NCBI GenBank assembly: GCA_032126655.1
Contig: JAQBAU010000263.1
Location: 1 to 48,018 of the forward strand
Length of the DNA stretch: 48,018 nucleotides
Direction: 5' to 3'
Source of the DNA: Desulfobacterales bacterium
GTDB lineage: Bacteria > Desulfobacterota > Desulfobacteria > Desulfobacterales > C00003060
The notes below the pieces were generated by a model. That model was given only the letters and a program-made list of their open reading frames with translations. It did no database searches and was not told the DNA's origin. Position 1 is the stretch's first letter. Every line of letters starts with the position of its first letter. Position numbers and translations under genes: made by a program. Of this stretch, positions 9,687 through 19,466 are shown one piece after another.

Positions 9687-9756
9687 GGGGAGGACCTTTC
9701 ATGGCAGGATCAGGAGACATGCTGGGTCGGACATTGGGTACACAGGAGAGTATATT

Positions 9757-10476
9757 GTGAAAAGACAGGTTGACCTTTTGGTAGAACTTCAGGAGAAAGA
9801 TAAGAAGATAGACCGGTTGAGATGGCAAATACGTCAAGGCCCTGAACGGCTCAAAGGACTTGAGACTCAGTTGCAGACGCTTGAACAAGTTATTGAAGCT
9901 GATAAGAAGCGGGTCGAAGAGCTTCAGCAGGCACAACGCGAGTATGAAAGTGACATAGAGGACGGCGTAGCGCACATCAGGAAAAGCCGGGGACGCCTTA
10001 TGGGCATCAAGAATAACAGAGAGTACAAAGCCCTGCTGAGAGAGATTGAGGATACCGAAAAAGAAAACGCAAAGAAAGAAGACAAAGTCTTGGAGTGTCT
10101 GGAGGAGATTGAAGGGCTTAGTCAGGGATTTGAATTGAAGGAAGACGAGCTGTCGACAAGGCGGGATGAGCTTGAAAGCGAAAGAAAAGCGGTTGACGAA
10201 GAAGTTGCCCGCATTGAGGAAGATCTCGCCGATATGGAACAGGGCAGGGAGGAGCTGACGCAGACCATAGACTCTAACCTCCTTGGAAAGTACAAACAGA
10301 TTAAAACAACGAGCGGCGCTATAGTACTTTCGCTGGTTAATCATGCCACTTGTGGCGCATGCCACCTGGGTATTCCTCCGCAGATGTACAATGAGCTTCA
10401 GAGACAAGACACCCTACAGTTTTGTCCTCATTGCCAACGCATTATCTACTGGAAAGAGGCTGAACCTACACCCTGA
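9757..10476 (+). CDS. COG1579-type coiled-coil protein with C-terminal zinc ribbon
   Basis: Long charged coiled coil, then CGACH...17 aa...CPHCQRI (two CxxC pairs). The GTG at 9757 is preceded by GGAGAG; the upstream part of the ORF (from 9685) looks non-coding. Confidence 0.8.
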   Translation: MKRQVDLLVELQEKDKKIDRLRWQIRQGPERLKGLETQLQTLEQVIEADKKRVEELQQAQREYESDIEDGVAHIRKSRGRLMGIKNNREYKALLREIEDTEKENAKKEDKVLECLEEIEGLSQGFELKEDELSTRRDELESERKAVDEEVARIEEDLADMEQGREELTQTIDSNLLGKYKQIKTTSGAIVLSLVNHATCGACHLGIPPQMYNELQRQDTLQFCPHCQRIIYWKEAEPTP

Positions 10477-10614
10477 CCGGCGGGTTCCCCGAGCAATGCC
10501 CACCTTTCGAGACTGGGGATTTCAGAAAATATGTTGCGTGTTTCTTGTGGGAAGCGTAATATAGCCATACCCAGTTCTTGACGTAAATGCAGTCCAACAG
10601 CTTTTCCGCCTGTG

Positions 10615-11004
10615 TCAGAGCAGGCCAAACGATCGCTCGCGTCTTCAGCTGTTTGCTGGCGATGCGGGAGGAAAGTCCGAGCTCCGGAGGGCAAGGTGCT
10701 CCGTAACGCGGAGTCGTGGCAACGCGAAGGAAAGTGCCACAGAAAAGATACCGCCTTGTGAAGAACTCACAGGGTAAGGGTGAAAAGGTGCGGTAAGAGC
10801 GCACCAGTTCCTCGGGTGACTGGGGAAGCTTGGTAAACCCCACCTGGAGCAAGACCAAATAGGGAAGCGCTTGAGGGTGGCCCGCCCAAGCTTCCGGGTT
10901 GGTCGCAAGAGGTATTGGGCAACTGATACCCAGAGATGAATGATCGTTGTTCCGTAAAGGGCGACCGATACGGAAAACAGAACTCGGCTTATGGCCTGCT
11001 CTGA
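10615..11004 (+). ncRNA. rnpB: RNase P RNA, bacterial type A
   Basis: Conserved blocks GGAGGAAAGTCCGAGCTCC, CCACAGAAAAGATACCGCC, GGTAAGGGTGAAAAGGTGCGGTAAGAGCGCACC, AGCAAGACCAAATAGG and ACAGAACTCGGCTTAT. P1 is a perfect 12-bp pairing, 10615-10626 with 10993-11004. Confidence 0.93.
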
Positions 11005-11037
11005 CTCTCATTACTGTTCAGGGAGACCTAGTAGGTT

Positions 11038-12351
11038 ATGACGAAGAAGATGGCAGTTCACGCCAACGTTGCCTTCGGTGAGAAGGTTAGTACATTCTCC
11101 AAAGAATTCCTCAAGTGTTGCCTCTATATCTCCAAGACTGAGCCCACTCGTGAGACATTTACTAAGAAGTTGTACGCCAAAATGGTTTCAACCTCCAAGC
11201 TACTGGAAGATTTCCTGGACATTCATGGTGCGAAGAACAATGCTCACTGGTATTACTATCGCGAACTCGTTTCGAGTGTGAGAAATCTGTCCGAAGCGAG
11301 CTATTCACAGAAACACATTGCAAAGCGATTCCCTATGTACGGGTTGGAAGAGACCGAGGGATTTAAGGAGAACGGATATGCCACACACAAGTTCCTGATA
11401 GACTCTTTGAGAAAAATATCCCGCACTGCATTGACCGAAGCGGGGCGGCTTCAAATCGAGTCACCCAAAAGTCGTTTTGAGTGGGACGATTTTCCGGGTA
11501 TATCGACGGAGAGTTTCCTCGAGTTTGACATCGATGATCAGGACTTGGAGGAAGAGAAGAAGAACCTCGTCAAGATAACCACCGAGTTTCTTAGGGTGGC
11601 CCAGGAATTTGAATCATTGGGTTTTTATGAGGTTTACAGCTTGGATGAGATCAGAAGAATCATTCCTTCCTGCTTCAATGAACAAGAGGCACGGCGATTT
11701 GAAACGGTCGTTCATAGCCTTCAGTCGTCCTTTGACACCTATGTGAACAGAAGTGGCGCGAGGTTTGACGATGTCAGACGCAAGGAGCTAAGGGGGTATA
11801 TTTCGGTCGTTCTTCACCTTTTAGAATTGACACGTCGTCTGTTGCACTACTACGAACGGCATCTCCATGAGGTAGGATACAGGAATATCTACAAGGGGGT
11901 ACGTGACAAATTGGCCACAGCCGTCAGTCCCGAATACATGCTTGATAGAATCGTGAATTACGGCCTTTACTATATCTCGCATTTTCTGGTGCAAGGTCAG
12001 GATGTCGCCCATGAGGTTCTGAACGAAAACATAGAACGTAGCTCCGTTTCAGTGGGGATACCCCAAGAACTCGGTTTTCATAGTCGGCCGTGCATGTTGG
12101 TCGCAAAGATCGTCCAGTATTACGGCGGTCAAGTGGAACTTTTGGTGGACTCCGATCAGTTTGATGCCAGCAGTGTTTTAGACCTTCAGTGGGCCGGGGG
12201 GAAGATTCAAAAAGAAGGGATCAAGGAGGTTGTCTTCAAGGGTGATCTTCGCGCTTTGAGGGACATCAAAATTCTTGCAAGTGTGAACTACGGTGAAGAC
12301 ACCATGGGCAAAGACATTGCGTTGCCGAAGGAGCTTTCCTACCTGAAGTAA
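11038..12351 (+). CDS. Protein of unknown function with a C-terminal HPr-like (PTS phosphocarrier) domain
   Basis: 437 aa. Residues about 335-415 align to HPr (GFHSRPCMLVAKIV..., His at nt 12079-12081, DASSVLDL, and G-x-x-V...KGD). I do not recognise residues 1 to about 330. Confidence 0.75.
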   Translation: MTKKMAVHANVAFGEKVSTFSKEFLKCCLYISKTEPTRETFTKKLYAKMVSTSKLLEDFLDIHGAKNNAHWYYYRELVSSVRNLSEASYSQKHIAKRFPMYGLEETEGFKENGYATHKFLIDSLRKISRTALTEAGRLQIESPKSRFEWDDFPGISTESFLEFDIDDQDLEEEKKNLVKITTEFLRVAQEFESLGFYEVYSLDEIRRIIPSCFNEQEARRFETVVHSLQSSFDTYVNRSGARFDDVRRKELRGYISVVLHLLELTRRLLHYYERHLHEVGYRNIYKGVRDKLATAVSPEYMLDRIVNYGLYYISHFLVQGQDVAHEVLNENIERSSVSVGIPQELGFHSRPCMLVAKIVQYYGGQVELLVDSDQFDASSVLDLQWAGGKIQKEGIKEVVFKGDLRALRDIKILASVNYGEDTMGKDIALPKELSYLK

Positions 12352-12434
12352 TAGAGCCCGTCTGTTTAAATTACCTCTCATCCGGCATCAGGCGATAAGC
12401 AACTTTTATATCTCCACATAATACAGATTGAACT

Positions 12435-13139
12435 ATGACTGTGCCAAACAAGAAAGTTGCGGCCATCGTTGTTGGGGCAGGAGAGGGCATCCGGATGGGG
12501 ACCAGCACGAGGAAGCAATACATGATGCTGGGAGACCGTCCTGTTCTGGCCCATGCCGTTCTTGCCTTTGAGAAGTGCGATGCCATTGAAGAGATATTCC
12601 TGGTTATTCCGGCGGGAGACGATGTGCTCTGCAAGAAGGAGATCATCGATCCGCTCAAACTCCGCAAGCCGATCACGCTGGTACCAGGAGGGAGCACAAG
12701 GCAGGAGTCAGTGTTCAATGGCTTGCGAGCCATTGACGGTCAATGTGAACTCGTTGCCATTCACGACGGTGTGCGGCCGCTGGTGCGGATCGGGGACATC
12801 GCTGAATGCGTCAGAATAGCAGACGAATACGGGGGCTGCATCCTGGCCCTGCCGGCGAGTGATAGCATAAAGACGGTTGACGTCGAGGACCGTGTGGTCG
12901 TGACGATGAAGCGCCACATAATCAGGATGGCCCAGACACCGCAGGCCTTCCGCTACGACCTCATCCTTGGAGCCCATATCACTGCACAAGAAGAAGACTA
13001 TGTGGGGACGGATGACGCTGAACTGGCAGAGCGTTGCGGCGAGGTGGTAAAAGTGATGCCGGGTGATCCTTACAACATCAAGATTACTACACCGGAGGAT
13101 CTGAAGCTGGCTGAAGTCTTACTGATAGGAAGGGTGTAG
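12435..13139 (+). CDS. ispD: 2-C-methyl-D-erythritol 4-phosphate cytidylyltransferase
   Basis: VAAIVVGAGEGIRMG...KQYMML, IHDGVRP and AQTPQAF motifs. 234 aa. Confidence 0.9.
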   Translation: MTVPNKKVAAIVVGAGEGIRMGTSTRKQYMMLGDRPVLAHAVLAFEKCDAIEEIFLVIPAGDDVLCKKEIIDPLKLRKPITLVPGGSTRQESVFNGLRAIDGQCELVAIHDGVRPLVRIGDIAECVRIADEYGGCILALPASDSIKTVDVEDRVVVTMKRHIIRMAQTPQAFRYDLILGAHITAQEEDYVGTDDAELAERCGEVVKVMPGDPYNIKITTPEDLKLAEVLLIGRV

Positions 13140-13143
13140 ATTC

Positions 13144-14079
13144 CTAAGTCTGTAGCGTCCCCACGATCTGGCCGATATCGTCGATATCATTCTCCTCGAG
13201 ATAACTACTCAGGCCGTTGATAATCTCCATGGTTGCTCGCGGATTGACAAAATTCGCGGTACCCACCTGCACGGCGCTGGCGCCTACAATCATGAACTCC
13301 AGCACGTCATTGGCGTTCGCAATACCCCCTATGCCAATCACCGGCACACGGACTGTCTGTGCTACCTCCCACACCATTCTTAGCGCAATCGGCTTTATCG
13401 CAGGTCCGGAAAGCCCTCCTGTGATGTTGCCAAGCTTTGGCTTTCGCTTACAGATATCCACGGCCATTCCGGTGATAGTATTGATCAGAGAAACCGCATC
13501 AGCTCCGGCTTCTTCTACACTCCGCGCAATTGTCTTAATATCAGTGATATTTGGCGAGAGCTTGACGATCAATGGGAGACTTGTTTTTTCCCTCACTGCC
13601 CTCACTACGGCAAAGGCGGCCTTTGGGTCAGTCCCGAAGGCAATCCCGCCGGCCTTGACATTAGGACAAGAGATGTTGACCTCAATGGCGGCTATTCCTT
13701 CTATGTCTTGAATCCGTTCAGCCAACTCTCCGTAGGCCGTGGCCTCGTGACCGTATATGTTCAGGATGACGGGGGTGTTCAGAGTCTGTAGAAACGGGAG
13801 CTTGTCCTGGACAAAGGCTTCCAGTCCGATGTTCTCAAGGCCGATGGCATTTAACATCCCGGCGGCTGTTTCTACTGTCCTGGGCGGAGGATTGCCGGTT
13901 GAAGGCGTAAGTGAAAGGCCCTTGACGATGATGCCACCCAGACTGTTCAGATCAAACAGTGACGCAAATTCCTCTCCGTACCCGAATGTGCCTGAGGCGG
14001 TCATTACGGGGTTTCTCATGTGGATCCCGCCGATGTCTACAGAAAGACTCTTCGAATGCGGAGTTTGGAATTCGGGCAT
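13144..14079 (-). CDS. pyrD: Dihydroorotate dehydrogenase, class 1 (Cys active site)
   Basis: NPVMTASGTFGYG, NISCPNVKAGG and GIGGI motifs. 311 aa. Convergent with ispD, leaving only 4 nt between the stops. Confidence 0.92.
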   Translation of the reverse strand: MPEFQTPHSKSLSVDIGGIHMRNPVMTASGTFGYGEEFASLFDLNSLGGIIVKGLSLTPSTGNPPPRTVETAAGMLNAIGLENIGLEAFVQDKLPFLQTLNTPVILNIYGHEATAYGELAERIQDIEGIAAIEVNISCPNVKAGGIAFGTDPKAAFAVVRAVREKTSLPLIVKLSPNITDIKTIARSVEEAGADAVSLINTITGMAVDICKRKPKLGNITGGLSGPAIKPIALRMVWEVAQTVRVPVIGIGGIANANDVLEFMIVGASAVQVGTANFVNPRATMEIINGLSSYLEENDIDDIGQIVGTLQT

Positions 14080-14297
14080 GTTTTCAAGCCTCTAGGCGCA
14101 ATTCGGGAATGTTTTGCGCCAGGCTTCACTTCGTGCCAAGCCGCCAGGCGCAATTGACTCAGACATCATTTACTCTCGAGATTGACTATTCGACTATTCA
14201 GCCATATCCCTGACTGGTTCCGCAATAGCAGGGCTTCGGAATTTGGGCATGTTTTCAAGCCGCTAGGCGCAATGCGGAGTTAATTAGGACATCATTC
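14054..14297. repeat. Decayed tandem repeats of the pyrD translation-initiation region
   Basis: A 36-nt unit, GGAATTCGGGCATGTTTTCAAGCCTCTAGGCGCAAT, lies at 14067-14102 and contains the pyrD start codon. It recurs at 14238-14273 with 34/36 identity. A third copy at 14103-14154 carries a 21-nt insertion. AATGCGGAGTT (14055-14065, 14271-14281) and GACATCATT (14162-14170, 14289-14297) are also duplicated. Confidence 0.85.
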
Positions 14298-14317
14298 TGA
14301 CGGCCTCAAGGAGTCAA

Positions 14318-16189
14318 CTATTTCAGCATGTCTTTAACTGCTTTCACAATAGCAGGTGCATCAATGCCATAATTGGAGCGCAGTATCTTCTGGGAACCGT
14401 GTTCAACAAACTTATCCGGGATGCCGAGCCGTACGACTCGGCACGATGTAACACCGGCGTCAGCAAGGCACTCAAGAACGGCACTGCCAAAGCCACCCTG
14501 CAGGACGTTTTCTTCAACGGTGATGATGCGGGGTATCTCCCTGGCAAGCCGGGTGATCAACTCAGTATCGAGAGGTTTTACAAAACGGCTGTTGACTATC
14601 GTCACGGAAATGTTTTCAGCTTCGAGTTGTTTGTTCGCTTCGACCGCTTCCCTGACCGTGGCGCCGACAGCCAGGATCGCCACATCAGTTCCGGTGGTTA
14701 GAACCTCTCCTTTACCCATAGGAAGGGTGTGGGTCTCATCATCCATGGGTATCCCGAGGCCGTAACCTCGTGGATACCTGACAGCAATCGGCCCGGAATG
14801 TTCGAGAGCGGTCCGCAACATGTGTCGCAGTTCGTTTTCGTCTTTAGGTGCCATGACAACCATGTTGGGCAAGCTGCGCAAATAGCTCAGATCAAAGAGG
14901 CCATGATGGGTAGGGCCGTCTTCACCAACAATCCCTCCCCGATCTAAGGCAAAGACAACCGGATGGGCCTCAAGACATACGTCATGAAGGACCTGGTCAT
15001 ACGCTCGCTGCAGAAAGGTGGAATAAATAGCCACCACAGGGCGCAATCCCTCAGTGGCCAAGCCGGCTGCAAAGGTCACTGCATGTTGTTCGGCAATACC
15101 GACATCCACAAAGCGGTCAGGAAAGGCCTCTGAAAAGGCTTTGAGCCCGGTTCCTTCCGGCATGGCTGCGGTTACGGCGACAATCTTTTCGTTTTCGCGG
15201 GCAAGTTCAAGCAGGGTATCCCCGAACACTTCAGTATAGGTCGGCGGTTTCTCTTTTGATGAGATACCGTTACCTGTTTTGATTTCAAAAGATCCGACCC
15301 CATGAAAGTAGGTGGGGTTGCGTTCTGCCGGGGCGTAGCCTTTGCCTTTCGTGGTTGTTACATGAAACAAAATAGGTTTTTTCATGTCTTTGACATTATG
15401 GAGTGTTTCGATCATATGGTCGAGCCGGTGGCCTTTTATGGGTCCAAAGTAATTGAACCCAAATGCTTCAAAGAGCATTCCGGGCGTAACGAATGCCTTG
15501 AATGACTCCTCAGTGCGCTTGGCCAGATTGTACACGTCATCTCCAAACTTGGGCACGGACTTGAGCAAGTCTTTGACTTCCTCCCTGAGGCTCACAAAAT
15601 GCTTTGCCGAAAGTTTCCTGCTCAAAAACGAGGAAAGCACTCCCACATTTCGTGCGATAGACATCTCGTTGTCGTTCAAAACGACGATGAGGCCTTTTTG
15701 AAGATCACCTGTCTGATTCAACCCTTCATAGGCAAGGCCACCCGTCATGGAACCATCGCCAATCACGGCAATGACCTTTCCCTCATCCTTTTTCAGGCAT
15801 CTTCCGTAAGCAATACCGAGTCCTGCGGAAATAGAGGTGCTGGCATGCCCTGTTGAAAAGGCATCATAAGGACTTTCGCTCATGCGAGTGAAGCCACTCA
15901 AGCCCCCGTGTTGGCGCAGGGAATGAAAACGATCCTTTCGCCCGGTGAGCAGCTTGTACGCGTAGGACTGATGGCCGACATCCCATATAATCTTATCCTT
16001 GGGCGGATCGAAGACATAGAGCAGTGCGATAGTCAACTCGATCACTCCCAGGCTTGGGGCCAGGTGTCCCCCTGTCCGGGATACGGTCTCGATGATCACC
16101 TGGCGGAGTTCTTTCGCCAGTTCGGGAAGTTCTGAGCGCTCTAAGCGTTTCAGATCTTCGGGAGAATCAATTTTGTCCAGGTATTTCAC
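14318..16189 (-). CDS. dxs: 1-deoxy-D-xylulose-5-phosphate synthase
   Basis: 623 aa. [36 protein letters not shown] and the transketolase C-terminal domain. GTG start. Confidence 0.96.
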   Translation of the reverse strand: MKYLDKIDSPEDLKRLERSELPELAKELRQVIIETVSRTGGHLAPSLGVIELTIALLYVFDPPKDKIIWDVGHQSYAYKLLTGRKDRFHSLRQHGGLSGFTRMSESPYDAFSTGHASTSISAGLGIAYGRCLKKDEGKVIAVIGDGSMTGGLAYEGLNQTGDLQKGLIVVLNDNEMSIARNVGVLSSFLSRKLSAKHFVSLREEVKDLLKSVPKFGDDVYNLAKRTEESFKAFVTPGMLFEAFGFNYFGPIKGHRLDHMIETLHNVKDMKKPILFHVTTTKGKGYAPAERNPTYFHGVGSFEIKTGNGISSKEKPPTYTEVFGDTLLELARENEKIVAVTAAMPEGTGLKAFSEAFPDRFVDVGIAEQHAVTFAAGLATEGLRPVVAIYSTFLQRAYDQVLHDVCLEAHPVVFALDRGGIVGEDGPTHHGLFDLSYLRSLPNMVVMAPKDENELRHMLRTALEHSGPIAVRYPRGYGLGIPMDDETHTLPMGKGEVLTTGTDVAILAVGATVREAVEANKQLEAENISVTIVNSRFVKPLDTELITRLAREIPRIITVEENVLQGGFGSAVLECLADAGVTSCRVVRLGIPDKFVEHGSQKILRSNYGIDAPAIVKAVKDMLK

Positions 16190-16334
16190 GACGGCATATT
16201 GTCCTTCAGATCCCTGACCGCGTAGAACAGCGAGAAGAAAATATCATGCCTCTTTATAAGGCGCAGCCGCAAAACACGTAATGTTCTCAAGGCGTAAGCC
16301 GCAAAAGAAGAAGAAAGCACGAAAGTATGTCTGG

Positions 16335-17228
16335 TCATTTCCTTCTTTCAATTATGTAGCGGGCCAGAGCGGCGAGCGGCTGCCCTCTCATATCAAAGAC
16401 TTCCAGTTCTTCCAAGGCGGAATCTACCAGTTCAAGGGCGCGGGCCTTGGCCTGTTCCAATCCAATCAAAGAGGGACCGGTTATCTTGTGGTGGGCCTGA
16501 TCGCTTCCCACTGGCTTGCCGATTATCTCGGGTTTGCCCTCAACATTAAGTATATCGTCTGCCAGCTGAAAGGCAAGGCCGATGTGCTGACCATAGGCGG
16601 CGAGGGCAGCAACTTCCTGAGGGGTGCCTCCTCCAAGGAGTGCTCCAGCCTTCACAGAGATTTCAATGAGTGCCCCGGTCTTAAGCTGTTGAAGCGTTTC
16701 TAGCTCTTCCAGGGTAATGGCTTTTCCCTCAACCGAGAGATCCATCATCTGCCCCTGCACCATTCCAGTGCATCCGGCAGCCCGGGCAATGAGATACGAA
16801 ACCTCCAACCATTTCAAGGGATCACTGCCCCGGGTTCGTCCTGCTGAGGCCAGAACCTCAAAAGCAGCTGTCAACAACCCATCGCCGGCCAAAATAGCGG
16901 TTGCCTCATCAAAGGCCTTGTGACACGTCGGCTTTCCGCGGCGAAGGTCATCATCGTCCATGGCCGGCAGGTCGTCATGTATGAGCGAATAGGTGTGAAT
17001 AAGCTCAAGTGCGCATGCAGCAGGCATCACATCAGCGTCAGATCCCCCAACCGCTTCTGAAGCAGCAAAACACAACATGGGTCGCAACCGTTTGCCCCCA
17101 GCCTCCAGAGAGTAGCGCATGGCTTGGATCAGCGGGGTAGGGAAGGGCTCTGTGTCGTCCCAGAGCCTCTCAAGGGCGGCATTAATTTCCTGTTGTTTTG
17201 CTTTCAGGTAAGCCTTAAGATCAAACAT
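16335..17228 (-). CDS. ispA: Farnesyl diphosphate synthase / (2E,6E)-polyprenyl diphosphate synthase
   Basis: Both Asp-rich motifs are present: LIHDDLPAMDDDDLRRG and FQLADDILN. The ATG at 17228 (MFDLKAYL...) matches typical IspA N-termini; the ORF also opens at a TTG at 17246. Confidence 0.9.
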   Translation of the reverse strand: MFDLKAYLKAKQQEINAALERLWDDTEPFPTPLIQAMRYSLEAGGKRLRPMLCFAASEAVGGSDADVMPAACALELIHTYSLIHDDLPAMDDDDLRRGKPTCHKAFDEATAILAGDGLLTAAFEVLASAGRTRGSDPLKWLEVSYLIARAAGCTGMVQGQMMDLSVEGKAITLEELETLQQLKTGALIEISVKAGALLGGGTPQEVAALAAYGQHIGLAFQLADDILNVEGKPEIIGKPVGSDQAHHKITGPSLIGLEQAKARALELVDSALEELEVFDMRGQPLAALARYIIERRK

Positions 17229-17263
17229 GAAAGGGCTTAACGCCAAATGAACCCGGCAAACGC

Positions 17264-17512
17264 CTATGCCGAGTCATCGTTTGGATTGTTATCCGGCGAG
17301 AAGGGTTCCGCGCGAATCTTCCCATCTTCGTCTTTCAGCAGTATGGAGACCCTCTTCTCTGTCTCATCCAGCATCTGTGAACACAGGCTGGACAGCTTCA
17401 CACCCTCTTGAAACTTCTTCATCGCCTCGTCAAGCGTCAGGTCTCCGCTCTCCAGATCCTGGACGATGGCTTCGAGGCGTTTCATCGCATTCTCAAATGT
17501 CTGCTTGGCCAT
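17264..17512 (-). CDS. xseB: Exodeoxyribonuclease VII small subunit
   Basis: 82 aa. FENAMKRLEAIVQDLESGDLTLDEAMKKFQEG signature. Overlaps the xseA stop by 20 nt. Confidence 0.9.
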   Translation of the reverse strand: MAKQTFENAMKRLEAIVQDLESGDLTLDEAMKKFQEGVKLSSLCSQMLDETEKRVSILLKDEDGKIRAEPFSPDNNPNDDSA

Positions 17513-18860
17513 GCTTCTCTTTCCTCTCCACGCGGCACAGCATTCCGCCCAGGGATAGAGTCACTTGCACTTGCTGTCCCACGCTGACTTGCTGCACATC
17601 CTTGACCAGGGCATAACCTGGCAAGGCCCGCGTGACACTGTAACCACGATCCAGGATTGCCAATGGGCTCAAAGCATCTAACCTCGCCATGGCGGTCTGC
17701 AGTGAGCCCCTATTGGATTGCACATATAATTGCATTGTAGAAGAAAGGTTAAGAAGGTTATGTTTGAGCTTTACATGAAGTTTTTCAACCAGGGATTGGG
17801 GGCTGGCTCGGAAGAGTCGGCCTTTCAGTAGATCCTGACGATCTCTCATGGTGCCCAGGTTCCTGGACAACCCTTTAACCATTTTCTCGGTGGTGTCGTC
17901 GAGGCGCAGGCGATAGTCGGCAATCTGCCTCTCGGGGTGTACAAGGCGGCGAGATACCTGTGCAGTCCTTTCTCTCAAGAACCGAAGCCTCTTCAATAGA
18001 CTGGTTTTCAAAGCTCCCGAAACCTGCTCCAAAGTCCTTACAAGGTCTTCTTTTACAGGGACAATCAGTTCGGCAGCTGCGGAAGGCGTGGGAGCACGCA
18101 CATCGGCCACAAAGTCAGCAATGGTGAAATCTGTTTCGTGACCCACAGCGGAAACCACTGGAATTGAGGAGGAAAAAATGGCACGAGCCACGACCTCTGA
18201 GTTGAAGGCTTGGAGGTCTTCCAAAGACCCCCCACCGCGGGAAACCACAATGACCTCGGCAAGGCCACGCTCATTGATCAAGTTCACCCCCTCGGCGATC
18301 TCTTCGGGGGCTTGTTCCCCTTGAACCCTGGCCGGGGCAATTTCCAAGTCCACATTGGGATACCTGCGATTGATGACGTTTAAAATGTCGCGAATAGCAG
18401 CCCCGGTCGGGGAAGTCACAACAGCAATCTTTCCAGGCAAGAAGGGGAGGGGTTTCTTGAATCTTTCGTCGAACAGGCCCTCTTCTGCCAGCTTGGCCTT
18501 AAGCTTCTCAAAGGCCAATTGCAGAACGCCCACCCCTTCAGGCTCCAAATACTCAAGGATGATTTGATAAACCCCCCTGGGTTCGTAGACGTTAAGGCGC
18601 CCCATGGCAATGACCGAGAGTCCATCTTCAGGCGTGAATCTGAGGGTCTTGTTCTGGGCACGGAACATCACCGCGCTGATCTGTGAGTCGGGGTCCTTTA
18701 ACGTGAAATAAAAGTGCCCGGATCCCGGAACCCGAAAGTTGGAGATCTCCCCTATTAGCCAGACAAACGGATATGCAGATTCCAGCAGCGACTTTATTTT
18801 GTGCGTGAGCTCGGTGACTGTAAAGATGTGTCGCTCTGAGGCTGGTGGATCGGTTTGCAT
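17493..18860 (-). CDS. xseA: Exodeoxyribonuclease VII large subunit
   Basis: 455 aa. N-terminal OB fold (VWLIGEISNFRVPGSGHFYFTLKD) and the GRGGGSLEDL motif (here SRGGGSLEDL). First gene of the xseA-xseB-ispA-dxs operon. Confidence 0.93.
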   Translation of the reverse strand: MQTDPPASERHIFTVTELTHKIKSLLESAYPFVWLIGEISNFRVPGSGHFYFTLKDPDSQISAVMFRAQNKTLRFTPEDGLSVIAMGRLNVYEPRGVYQIILEYLEPEGVGVLQLAFEKLKAKLAEEGLFDERFKKPLPFLPGKIAVVTSPTGAAIRDILNVINRRYPNVDLEIAPARVQGEQAPEEIAEGVNLINERGLAEVIVVSRGGGSLEDLQAFNSEVVARAIFSSSIPVVSAVGHETDFTIADFVADVRAPTPSAAAELIVPVKEDLVRTLEQVSGALKTSLLKRLRFLRERTAQVSRRLVHPERQIADYRLRLDDTTEKMVKGLSRNLGTMRDRQDLLKGRLFRASPQSLVEKLHVKLKHNLLNLSSTMQLYVQSNRGSLQTAMARLDALSPLAILDRGYSVTRALPGYALVKDVQQVSVGQQVQVTLSLGGMLCRVERKEKHGQADI

Positions 18861-19181
18861 GGGGGATGCATAGCACAGGCTGGATTTGTCGACAATGCCT
18901 TTTTCCGGGGTTAAGGTAGGAGAAGGGGTCTCTTTGGGAAGCTGCTTGGAGAAGGGGGTTCTTTGTGTCAGTGTATGACTGGTGCTGGACCTATCTATAC
19001 ATAACGTCTGATAATATATATTATGTAAACAAACGGATCTATCTGGGCCAGGTCAGCCAAAACAATGCCCGACCGTTTTCCATTGCGCAATTCCTTATGC
19101 CCTACCCCTGCGATGCAGCCCAGAGAAAGCAACAGATTGGTGAGCAGCATAAGTTTGAAGCTTGAGGGCTCTATTCGATTA

Positions 19182-19448
19182 TCAGGATCGAGCCCTTGCC
19201 AGGAGTTCTCGGACAGCAGGAACCACATAAATCCCCTCGAGGTCGATGCTGGCAAGACATTTGGACAAGGCTGCGATTCTTTTGGGGAGGTCTTGTGAGG
19301 TGTCCATAATGTAGATGTTTTTCCCCTTGATCCTGCAGAGTCCACTTCTCACGCCATATTCAGAACCTTTCAGAGCCTCGTATCTTATTGAAATACCTGC
19401 CTTTTCTGCCAGTTCTTCGAGGTGTTGGTAGGTCTTTTCCGGGTCCAT
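19182..19448 (-). CDS. Small hypothetical protein (88 aa)
   Basis: Clean ORF 18 nt downstream of the HD-domain gene on the same strand. I recognise no family. Confidence 0.5.
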   Translation of the reverse strand: MDPEKTYQHLEELAEKAGISIRYEALKGSEYGVRSGLCRIKGKNIYIMDTSQDLPKRIAALSKCLASIDLEGIYVVPAVRELLARARS

Positions 19449-19466
19449 TGCTCTATCTTAGGGGCC

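Noticed and set aside
10578-10606. TTGACG hexamer upstream of rnpB, considered as its promoter
   Set aside because: No acceptable -10 element at 16-18 nt spacing (CTTTTC), so I cannot support a promoter call.
10466-11011. 181-aa and 87-aa minus-strand ORFs, and a 73-aa plus-strand ORF, across 10343-11011
   Set aside because: They overlap the RNase P RNA gene, whose conserved blocks and P1 pairing are unambiguous on the plus strand.
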